From the NCBI GenBank assembly GCA_964252035.1, contig OZ176200.1: a stretch of 64,000 bases of DNA; one strand, 5' to 3'. This document shows positions 1 through 8,345 of the stretch, one piece after another. A model generated the notes under the pieces. That model had not been told where the DNA came from. It was given only the letters and a program-made list of their open reading frames with translations, and searched no databases. Position numbers and translations under genes: made by a program. The stretch comes from Podarcis erhardii. Taxonomy: Eukaryota. Numbering within the stretch: position 1 is the stretch's first letter; every line of letters starts with the position of its first letter.

Positions 1-1997
1 TGGCGAGCCGGGTCACGGGAGTAAACCAGTATGTCATCCAAGTACACCACCACGTACTTGTCTAACAAGTCCTGGAACACGTGGTTGATGTAGCGTTGGA
101 ACACAGCAGGCGCATTGCACAAACCGAAAGGCATAACCAAGTATTCGAACTGCCCGTACCGGGTCCCAAATGCTGTCTTCCACTCATCCCCGGCTCGGAT
201 CCGAATCAAGTTGTAGGCCCCCCGGAGGTCCAGCTTGGTGAACACCTGTGCCCCTTGCACCCGCTCCAGCAACTCCGAGATAAGGGGCAAGGGGTACCGG
301 TCTGGGATGGTAATTTTGTTCAGGGCTCGGTAATCATGGCAAGGGCGAAGTTCCCCACATTTCTTCTTAACAAAGAGCACTGGTGCCGCGGTAGGCGAGG
401 TGGAAGGCCTAATGAACCCACGCTCCAGGTTCTTGCGCAAGAAGTCCTGCAAAGCCTCGCGCTCTGGCTCTGTTAGAGAATATAAGCGACTCACTGGTAA
501 GGGCGCTCCGGGCTGGAGGTCTATGCCGCAGTCAAAAGGCCGATGCGGCGGCAGCTGGTCTGCCCCCCGTTCCTCGAACACGTCCTGGTAGTCCTGGTAC
601 ACGGCTGGGAGCGTGGGTGCTGCCTCCTCCGTGGGCGCGGCCGCCAGCGTCTCGGATTGAGCATGGGAACATGGGTCTGGGAAGTGCACAGTCCGTTTGA
701 CCCAGTCAATCTGAACGTTGTGAGCTTCCAGCCAGTCCATCCCGAGCACGAGGGGGAACCGGGGCATAGAGGCAATGTCCAAAGTTCGCAACTCCCGGTG
801 CTGCTGGAGACACAGGACCAGGGGCTGGGTCTCCTGAGTAACGGCTCCTGAACGTAGAAGCCGTCCGTCAATTGCTTCCACCTGGACCGGTTCTGGCTTG
901 TTCCGAAGTGGCACCTGATGATGGGCAGCAAAAGCAGCGTCCATATAAGAACGGGTTGCTCCTGAATCCACCAAAGCATGGGTAAGAATCCAGGGCCCAC
1001 CTGGAGGGTATAAACGTACCGGAACCATAAGATGTTGCAAGTCCATTGGTGCGGGCCCATTCTGCGCTGTTTGGGACCCCCGGTAGCTAGGGCCATCAGC
1101 TACTGGGGGTTGGCGGTTTCCCTGCGGCTGGCGTTTCTCAGGGCAGGACCGAGCGTAGTGTCCACTTCCGCCACAGTAGAGACATAGATTCCCCTCCCGA
1201 CGCCGCACCTTCTCTGCGGGGGAAAGGCGTGGCCGCACTGCCCCGAGCTGCATAGGCTCCTCCGATAACTCAGTTGTGACCGTGGGGCTGCCGGAAGAAA
1301 CTGGTGCCGAGAACTGGAGGTGTCGTCGGCCCCGGGCCTGGCGACGATCCTCCAGCCAGTCGTCTATCTGTAGACTCCGTTGAATGAGAGTGTCTAGCGT
1401 GGTGGGGCGTTCCATTGTGGCCAGCTGGTCCAGTATCTCGTCCGAAAGCCCTTCGAGATACTGGTCCCGCAATGCCGAGTCGTTCCAGGTCAAGTCCTGT
1501 GCCAACAGCCGAAACTCCGTGGTATATGCGGCCACCGTGGACTCGCCCTGTTTCAACTGCCGAATCGCCCGGTTGGCTTGACTCCCTTTCTGGGGGTTGC
1601 CGAACGCGGCCTCCAAAAGATTGCAAAACCCCGTATAGTCTGCCAGCAAGGGGGAGTCTTGCCTGAGTAGCGGCAACGCCCACTTGGCCGCCTGGTCCTT
1701 TAACAAACTAATCAAAAAGTGCACCTTGGTGCGGTCGTCAGGGAAGTTCCGGGCTCGCCCCTGAATATACAGCTTGGCTTGGGCGAGGAACATGGGAAAG
1801 CTGGCCGGGGCTCCATCAAATTTCTCGGGCAAAGCCACTGGGTACTTGCCAGGAGCCGGGGCGTTGGCCCCAGGAGCCGGTAGGGCTTCCAAGCGCTGCT
1901 GAAGTGCCGTAACCGCGTCGCTGAGCTGCTGCACGGTGTGAGTCAAGGCCTGGTTCTTCTGGGCCAAAGCCACCAGCGCAGCCACCTGGTCAGCCAT
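1..1997 (-). CDS. Gag-protease-reverse transcriptase polyprotein of copy B (partial, 665 codons, no stop within the window; absent from the ORF track because it runs off the edge)
   Basis: Hand translation from ATG 1997 (MADQVAALV...): PEKFDG, LKQG, EPMQLG, CCHC knuckle CLYCGGSGHYARSC, protease ALVDSGAT, VLGMDWL, RT motifs LPPHR, DYRALN, KLDLRGAY, KTAF, YLVMPFGLCNAP, and YLDD at 44-33. Confidence 0.95.
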   Translation of the reverse strand, partial: MADQVAALVALAQKNQALTHTVQQLSDAVTALQQRLEALPAPGANAPAPGKYPVALPEKFDGAPASFPMFLAQAKLYIQGRARNFPDDRTKVHFLISLLKDQAAKWALPLLRQDSPLLADYTGFCNLLEAAFGNPQKGSQANRAIRQLKQGESTVAAYTTEFRLLAQDLTWNDSALRDQYLEGLSDEILDQLATMERPTTLDTLIQRSLQIDDWLEDRRQARGRRHLQFSAPVSSGSPTVTTELSEEPMQLGAVRPRLSPAEKVRRREGNLCLYCGGSGHYARSCPEKRQPQGNRQPPVADGPSYRGSQTAQNGPAPMDLQHLMVPVRLYPPGGPWILTHALVDSGATRSYMDAAFAAHHQVPLRNKPEPVQVEAIDGRLLRSGAVTQETQPLVLCLQQHRELRTLDIASMPRFPLVLGMDWLEAHNVQIDWVKRTVHFPDPCSHAQSETLAAAPTEEAAPTLPAVYQDYQDVFEERGADQLPPHRPFDCGIDLQPGAPLPVSRLYSLTEPEREALQDFLRKNLERGFIRPSTSPTAAPVLFVKKKCGELRPCHDYRALNKITIPDRYPLPLISELLERVQGAQVFTKLDLRGAYNLIRIRAGDEWKTAFGTRYGQFEYLVMPFGLCNAPAVFQRYINHVFQDLLDKYVVVYLDDILVYSRDPAR

Positions 1998-2048
1998 GGC
2001 CTCTGGCTCTTCCCGAACGCACCCCAACGAAGGGGGAGTGCGGGTGTG

Positions 2049-2060
2049 GCGGGAGCAAAC
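2049..2060 (-). promoter_or_regulatory. Primer-binding site (non-tRNA, self-priming type)
   Basis: Immediately 3' of the LTR. It lacks the TGG start of tRNA PBSs, and its TTGCTCCCGC is perfectly complementary to GCGGGAGCAA in the LTR (2311-2302). Confidence 0.75.
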
Positions 2061-2702
2061 TGTGCTGGACCCGGGGGAAAGGTACCATGAGCGTAGTCTG
2101 AGTCCACACGAAGAGGGGCGAGGTCCGAGGCGGAGAGCCGGGCGGGGAACAGGAACGCTGGAACAGGAGGCCGAGCAGGGAACAGGAACACCGGATGGTC
2201 AGGAACAGGAGGCCGAGCAGGGAACAGGAGCACCGGATGGTCAGGAACAGGAGGCCAAGCAGGGATCAGGAACACAGGAAGGTCCAAAGCCAACAACGAC
2301 ATTGCTCCCGCAACCTGGGACCGGGCTGACTGGGCTTTTATCCTCTTCTAAGGCCAGGGGCGGTCCCGGCCCCCAGGAGCCCCGCCTCCTCTGGCCTTAA
2401 GGCGAGCACTCCTCCTGGGAGCAACCAGTTCCCTTCGCCTCTCTGCCCTAAGCCTCTGCAGATCAGGAGAGGCCGAAGGGTTACTGGGCCCTGGAGGAGG
2501 CTCACCTGTAGCCACTGAGTCCTCAAGCCCCTCTGGGGCCTGAAGGGTTTCACCTGGGGCCAGCTCCTGGTGCTCTGCCACAGGTGCAGGCTCTTCAGCA
2601 TCTAGGCCTTGCCCCAGTTCAGCCGGCCCTGGAGGCGGGGACTCCTGTGCAGGCTGGGATTCCTCTGGTTCATCCTCTGAATCGGAATCCCAGGCCATCA
2701 CA
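2061..2702 (-). repeat. 5' LTR of Gypsy copy B (642 bp)
   Basis: Starts TGTGATGGCC, ends CCAGCACA; aligns to LTR 4296-4894 with one extra 42-bp tandem unit plus 1 nt. Confidence 0.96.
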
Positions 2703-4650
2703 GAACCAGAAGGCAGATGCCCTGTCCCGGAAACCTGAAGACAACGCAGACACGGTACAGCAAGCAGAATCCACCACGATCCTACCTCCAGCTGCGTTCC
2801 TGGCCACCCAGGAGGCGGGACCACTGCAGGCTCGGGTGCGGGAACAGCAGCGGATCGACGCTTGGGCCCAGGAACGACTCCGGGAGCTGGCTGAAGGGTC
2901 CAGCCCACAGTATCCGGGGCTGGTCCTGCATCAGGGCCTTCTGCTGCACCACGGCCGTCTGTACATCCCGCCAGGGCCACTGCGGCTGGAGGTTCTCCGG
3001 ATGGCCCATGATGCCCCAGCAGCGGGGCACTTTGGACGGTATCGGACCACCCATCTGGTCAGTCGTGAGTTTTGGTGGCCCCGCCTGAAGGCCGACGTGG
3101 CTCGCTACGTTGCTGGTTGTGATGTCTGCCGGCGCGCCAAGGGTCCTACCGGGCGACCCCCCGGCCTACTTCAGCCACTGCCAGTTCCACCGCGCCCTTG
3201 GCACATGGTTTCGTTGGACTTTGTAGTGGACTTACCCCCGTCTCGTGGCTGTACCTGCCTTCTAGTGTTCTCCGACCATTTCACCAAGATGGTGCACTGC
3301 ACCCCCTGCCCATCTGTACCCACAGCCAAGGAAACCGCTCAGCTGTACCTTCAGCATGTCTTCCACCTGCATGGCCTACCAGAGCGCGTGGTGTCCGACC
3401 GGGGCGTTCAGTTCACATCCCGGTTCTGGCGAGCATTACACCAGACCCTCGGGACAGAGGTCTGCCTCTCGTCAGCCTACCACCCACAGACCGATGGCCA
3501 GACGGAACGGGCGAACGCGGTGCTGGAGCAGTACCTCCGGTGTTACTGCAGCTACCAGCAGGATGACTGGGTCGACCACCTGGCATTGGCGGAGTTCGCC
3601 TACAACAACGCGGTGAATGCGTCCACCCAGCAGACCCCGTTCCAGGCCAGTTACGGTTATCATCCACGGCTGTTTCCAGATGTGCTGCCGGCATCCGCGG
3701 TCCCGGCGGTGACGGAGTGGCTTCAAGAGCTCCAGTCCCAGCAACAGCTTTTGGTGGAGCAACTGCACCAGGCCAAGGAAGCGTACAAAGCCCAGGCCGA
3801 CCGCCACCGCCAGGTGGGGCCGGAACTTCGCGTCGGTGACCTGGTTTGGCTCTCCACTCGCCACCTCCACCCCTCTCGACCTTCGCGGAAGTTGGACGCC
3901 CGCTTCACCGGCCCGTTCCCTATCGTGGACCAAGTCTCTCCTGTAGCATTCCGTCTCCGGTTACCCGCAACCCTGAAGGTTCACCCGGTCTTCCACAGGT
4001 CCCTGCTGAGTCCGGTGGCCCCACCCGACGAGTTCCACCCGAACCGTCCCCGTCCGCAGCCAGTGTTGGTTCAGGGAGAGCCTGAGTATGAGGTGGAACG
4101 CATCCTGGACTCCCGATACCGCAGGGGAAAGCTGCAGTATCTCATTGACTGGAAGGGGTATGGACCGGAGGACCGTTCCTGGGAACCAGCGGCCAACGTC
4201 CACGCACCTGCCTGCCTCCGAGAGTTCCATGCGACGTACCCCGGCAAGCCGGGTCCGGACCCTCGGTTGAGGGGGGGGCCTGGGAGGGGGGATGGTGTGA
4301 TGGCCTGGGATTCCGATTCAGAGGATGAACCAGAGGAATCCCAGCCTGCACAGGAGTCCCCGCCTCCAGGGCCGGCTGAACTGGGGCAAGGCCTAGATGC
4401 TGAAGAGCCTGCACCTGTGACAGAGCATCAGGAGCTGGCTCCAGGTGAAGCCCTTCTGGCCCCAGAGGGGCTTGACGACTCAGTGGCCACAGGTGAGCCT
4501 CCTCCAGGGCCCAGTAACCCTTCGGCCTCTCCTGATCTGCAGAGGCTTAGGGCAGAGAGGCGAAGGGAACTGGTTGCCCCCAGGAGGAGTGCTCGCCTTA
4601 AGGCCAGAGGAGGCGGGGCTCCTGGGGGCCGGGACCGCCCCTGGCCTTAG
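2584..4650 (+). CDS. Chimeric ORF (688 aa): 40 aa from the antisense strand of LTR B + integrase-chromodomain of copy A + 116-aa U3-encoded tail
   Basis: ORF track plus domain motifs. The junction at 2702/2703 is in frame, and there is no stop between the chromodomain and TAG 4648-4650. Confidence 0.8.
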   Translation: MQALQHLGLAPVQPALEAGTPVQAGIPLVHPLNRNPRPSQNQKADALSRKPEDNADTVQQAESTTILPPAAFLATQEAGPLQARVREQQRIDAWAQERLRELAEGSSPQYPGLVLHQGLLLHHGRLYIPPGPLRLEVLRMAHDAPAAGHFGRYRTTHLVSREFWWPRLKADVARYVAGCDVCRRAKGPTGRPPGLLQPLPVPPRPWHMVSLDFVVDLPPSRGCTCLLVFSDHFTKMVHCTPCPSVPTAKETAQLYLQHVFHLHGLPERVVSDRGVQFTSRFWRALHQTLGTEVCLSSAYHPQTDGQTERANAVLEQYLRCYCSYQQDDWVDHLALAEFAYNNAVNASTQQTPFQASYGYHPRLFPDVLPASAVPAVTEWLQELQSQQQLLVEQLHQAKEAYKAQADRHRQVGPELRVGDLVWLSTRHLHPSRPSRKLDARFTGPFPIVDQVSPVAFRLRLPATLKVHPVFHRSLLSPVAPPDEFHPNRPRPQPVLVQGEPEYEVERILDSRYRRGKLQYLIDWKGYGPEDRSWEPAANVHAPACLREFHATYPGKPGPDPRLRGGPGRGDGVMAWDSDSEDEPEESQPAQESPPPGPAELGQGLDAEEPAPVTEHQELAPGEALLAPEGLDDSVATGEPPPGPSNPSASPDLQRLRAERRRELVAPRRSARLKARGGGAPGGRDRPWP
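2698..2698 (-). other. Start codon of the U3-encoded ORF in LTR B (ORF 2698->2348, 116 aa)
   Basis: MAWDSDSEDE...RRSARL...DRPWP*; same frame and length as 4300-4650. Confidence 0.6.
4282..4295 (+). promoter_or_regulatory. Polypurine tract
   Basis: GGGAGGGGGGATGG directly before the TG of the 3' LTR. Confidence 0.85.
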
Positions 4651-4894
4651 AAGAGGATAAAAGCCCAGTCAGCCCGGTCCCAGGTTGCGGGAGCAACGTC
4701 GTTGTTGGCTTTGGACCTTCCTGTGTTCCTGATCCCTGCTTGGCCTCCTGTTCCTGACTATCCGGTGTTCCAGTTCCCAGCTTGGCCTCCTGTTCCAGCG
4801 TACCTGTTCCCCGCCCGGCTCCCCGTCTTGGACCTCGCCCCTCTTCGTGTGGACTCTGCTTACACCCACGGTACCTTCCCCCGGGACCAGCACA
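4296..4894 (+). repeat. 3' LTR of Gypsy copy A (599 bp), TATA-like ATAAAA at 4657-4662
   Basis: TG...CA termini, homologous to 2061-2702; followed by TCGGC (expected right TSD). Confidence 0.96.
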
Positions 4895-5790
4895 TCGGCT
4901 GAAAGGCCATCAACATGGGATAAAGCATCCCCTACCACTCTCTGGAAACCATTTGGATCCATTAAGTGGCAGGGGCGGACCATCCGAATCGGTCCCACCT
5001 CCCTGCAGAGGGGATGGGTCGCAGAGAAGTCCAGTTGCACCAGGAAGTGATCTGACCATGGCACTTCTTTCGTTTCGCTTTTACTTAGTGTCAGATCACC
5101 AACATCCATAGAGGTAAACACCAGGTCCAAGGCATGTCCGTGGCTATGGGTTGGGCCAGACTTATTCAGGGACAGCACCATGGAGGCCATGCTTTCCACG
5201 AAGTCCCGAGCGCCCCCTTGTAAGGTTGTGTCGGCATGGATGTTAAAATCCCCTAGGACAACCAAGCTAGGTGTCTCCAGGAGAACATCCGCCACAACCT
5301 GAAGCAGCTCGGGCAGGGAATCCTTGGTGCAGCAGGGAGGTCGGTACACCAAAAGGAATCCTGTACTGCCCCTATTGCCCAACTTCCAGAACATGCACTC
5401 GGAAAACTGGGTCTTCCCAATAGGACGCCTGGTGCAAACTAATGACTTCCTAAAAATCACTGCAACCCCCCCTCCCCGCCCACATGACCTGGGTTGCTGT
5501 GCGTAAGAGAAACCTGGTGGACAAGCAGCGGCAAGGACAGGCCCATCTGCTTCATCCAACCAAGTCTGTTACACATGCCAGGTCAAGTCCTCCATCCATG
5601 ATCAAGTCATGGATGGCAGTGGTCTTATGAATCATTGACCTGGCATTGCACAGCAACACTTTCAGGTCATGTGGGTATCCCTTGCTGATTCTAGTATCCA
5701 TCCGGTTAGGACCGGACCTTAGACCTGATCTTAGACGGAATACGGCAGTCGGAAACAGTGTCAGGGCGGAAATTGCTTTAATTTCATTAA
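4895..5790 (-). mobile_element. L2-clade LINE fragment, ORF2 APE endonuclease region, interrupted by Gypsy copy A
   Basis: LKVLLCNARS (~5665), VT(E)TWLDE with a 2-nt deletion near 5560, RGGGVAV, VYRPP, LGDFNIH, PTH..GHALDL, WSDH. The reading frame is cut exactly at the LTR end (SHVDGLSAD). Confidence 0.88.
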
Positions 5791-7783
5791 AAACAGCTCA
5801 GAAACTAAAAAAGGGAAGAAGTTCAACAACAACTTTTGTGTCTGGATTTTTGCTTTTTGAAATATGGCAACCCTATAGTCCTATCCATCAGACAATATGA
5901 AAAATGTTTGTTGTACAGCAATCCGGTTTCTTCAGCCACCCTTTGGACACTTGATAATTGTAACTTACCAGGGTATTGCAGGGCAGGGTGGGGCAAGATC
6001 AGGGAAGCCAACTGGTCACTCTCACCTAATATAGCCACCACAGTCGTGCCCCACTATTCCATCCACTCCTGCTATTCATCTCCAAAAGGAGTCAGGGATG
6101 CTTTGTAGTCATTTTGTAAGAAAGCAGGCGACAAAAAGGCAGGGATGAAACATCTTGAAGTGCTTGGAAAATGAAGCTTTTTTGCTTAACAAAGCTTTAT
6201 TTGCATTTTAGGAGATGCTTTTTGGGGAGGGCGGCAGATAGTCTATGTCTACCTTTGTCACTGTTTCCAATCAATTTGGGGTGGGGTGGCTGAATGTAAA
6301 CAAGCTAGCATTCTAATTGACATGTCTAGCATCTTCTGTGCATTTATGCTAACTGGGCCTATTAAAATAAACTTCAAATACACTTTTTGCTGTTTACAAC
6401 CAGAACCATCATGCCTATCAAATTTTGCCAAGATTTTACCAAAGTACACCTCTACGTTCCATGTGAATTACATGCCAATATCAAACAAACAAAAAAGCTG
6501 GTGCCAGGGCAGCAAAGACATTTTAAAATGCTCACAATCCAAAAGTGCCTAGCATACCCCTTGACCCATTTCTCTGAAATTCTCTAGGCTTCATTTTCAC
6601 AGAAGAAGCTACTTGCAAATTGTATCCAGTTCTGTTAAAAATGTAAATGTTTCAGTTCCACTGTGATTTGTCCACTTAAATCTGCTGGGAATGATAACAA
6701 AGCTTTGTTTAAGAAATGAAGTGGGAATGAAATGAAACAACAAAAGGAAGCAATTCCCAAAGCAAAGCATCAAATATGAATCGTGTGTGTGTGTTTGTAT
6801 TATTCAACTTACGTATGAATATTATTCAACTAAGTTACACTCAAAATAGACCTGCACTGGATATCACAGATGCACTTGTTTTTTAAGTCATGCATCACAG
6901 GGGGTGTGTGGCAATCATTTTATTTGCTTGCTATATATTTTCCAGTAGTTTTTCCTAATGAAGCTTAAAATTGGATCTTCATTTCTTTTCCGATCTATTG
7001 GGGCATGTTTTTCTCCTCTTTTGCCTCCATACTGTCTTTCACCTTCAGCTGTTTCAGTTTGCATGCCCTTCATTTGTTCTGCACAAGCATTTCTGTTTTT
7101 CTTCTCCATTGTTTCACCCAACACAGTTATTCTAGTCTGCACAATTTCCACATACCTTCTCCTCCCATAACTCTTTCTGGTTCCTCATTCCAATAGTGCA
7201 GGAAACATATTCTGTTCTCTCCATTTATTTCAGATATTCATTTCTCGTTTGCCTTCTTCATGCTGAAACTTTTTGGCCCAGTTTTTGAGCGGATGGAACA
7301 TTTGTTTCTGGCGCCAGGCCTGCAGGGACCGTAAAACAGCTGCTAAACACTAATAGCACTATGTTGCTTTGTAGCTGCTGGTCCAAGTGGAAGGAGCAAG
7401 CAGCTCAGCAACATAAGGCTGTACTCCCCAGCCACCTCCAAGCTACTGTGCACAGTCTAGTGACAGGCAAGCAAGGAGGCAGCAGGATGACCTGCAGGGC
7501 ATCCAAATTCTCAGGGCAAGTTTGTCTAGTCTTCTGACAATCCATGTACCATGTTAGCTTCCCCAAGGCTGGTTCCACATGTGACCCACAATGCCAAGCA
7601 CAGTTTTCTAGCTGTGACAGAAGGTAGGCCCTTTTACCTCATAAATTATAATGGATATTCCTTCAGTCAGAACATTGGAAGTCAGTTGACATTAGCTGCT
7701 CCTGCAATTGGGAGCCATGGGAGGCTCCATGAGTGCTTGTATGGCTGATGACTTTTGTTTTTATCCACTCCTAATTGCTGGGG

Positions 7784-8240
7784 TTTTTTAGTATTTTTTA
7801 TTAAAGATTTCTTGCTTTACAAAAGTATGTGCAATGTCTCTTTTTTCAAGTTACATTTTCTACAGATCAGTTTCATTTGTTGAGACATTAATGTTACATA
7901 AGGAAGAGAAGGGGAAAAGAGGTGGAGGTGGCCATGGTGAGTGGGAGGCGGGGTTGGATGGCGATGTTTCTATTTTACTTTATGTATGTGTGAGGTTTTG
8001 TGTCAGCATTGCTTGTGCAGGTTCTCTTTGCTATTCGCTTGTGTTCCTTTGGTGGTGAGAGAGGTTGGGGTTGGCCTAGGGTGTGGTTGTTTGTTTGCGA
8101 TTGGCTGTGGTGAATTTTGTTTTCATGTGTGAGTGGGGTGGGTGGGTGTTTTTGAATCAGGTTAGCCATATTGATTTGTATGCTGTTGGTGGGTTCTTGT
8201 CGTCGTCTTGTTGGGCTGTGTGCTATTTTGTTTTTTAAAC
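7784..8240 (-). mobile_element. 3' end of an L1-like LINE (degenerate)
   Basis: T-rich tail with TTTATT (AATAAA on minus) at the left end, followed by a G/T-rich UTR-like segment; recognised by pattern only. Confidence 0.4.
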
Positions 8241-8296
8241 TACAATGTGACCTGCCCTGGTATCATCTAAGAAGGGGAAAACTGAAGTATAGATGT

Positions 8297-8345
8297 AAGA
8301 AAGAAAGAAAGAAAGAAAGCAAGAAAGAAAGAAAGAAAGAAAGAA
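8297..8345 (+). repeat. (AAAG)n microsatellite
   Basis: Direct reading. Confidence 0.95.

Larger units (their letters stand above)
1..2702 (-). mobile_element. Ty3/Gypsy chromovirus-type LTR retrotransposon, copy B (5' half: 5' LTR, PBS, gag-pro-RT), runs off the left edge
   Basis: Minus-strand LTR 2702->2061 (TG...CA), then PBS-position sequence GTTTGCTCCCGCC, then a continuous gag-pro-RT ORF. Confidence 0.96.
2703..4894 (+). mobile_element. Ty3/Gypsy chromovirus copy A, 3' half (end of RNase H, integrase, chromodomain, PPT, 3' LTR)
   Basis: NQKADALSR (RNase H end), HHCC zinc finger (HDAPAAGH...CDVC), D-D-E core (SLDF, SDRG, QTER), GPF motif, chromodomain EYEVERILD...YLIDWKGY...SWEP (4084-4229), PPT 4282-4295, LTR 4296-4894. 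Confidence 0.97.

Noticed and set aside
81-1683. ORF-track ORFs 81-476, 400-591, 521-1096, 543-851, 1270-1683, 1384-1581, 1415-1666
   Set aside because: Alternate-frame or antisense shadows of the GC-rich gag-pol ORF; no motifs of their own.
2348-2980. 210-aa minus-strand ORF as a gene
   Set aside because: Only the last 116 aa (U3 ORF) are meaningful; the N-terminal part is antisense integrase sequence joined by the nesting junction.
1-4894. Single element with an internal inversion (auto-integration product)
   Set aside because: The LTRs differ by roughly 4% plus a 42-bp indel while the ORFs are intact, which favours two separate copies. Not fully excluded without the upstream sequence.
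6915-7290. Purine-skewed stretch on the minus strand, possible LINE ORF remnant
   Set aside because: Multiple stops and no recognisable motif; cannot be assigned.
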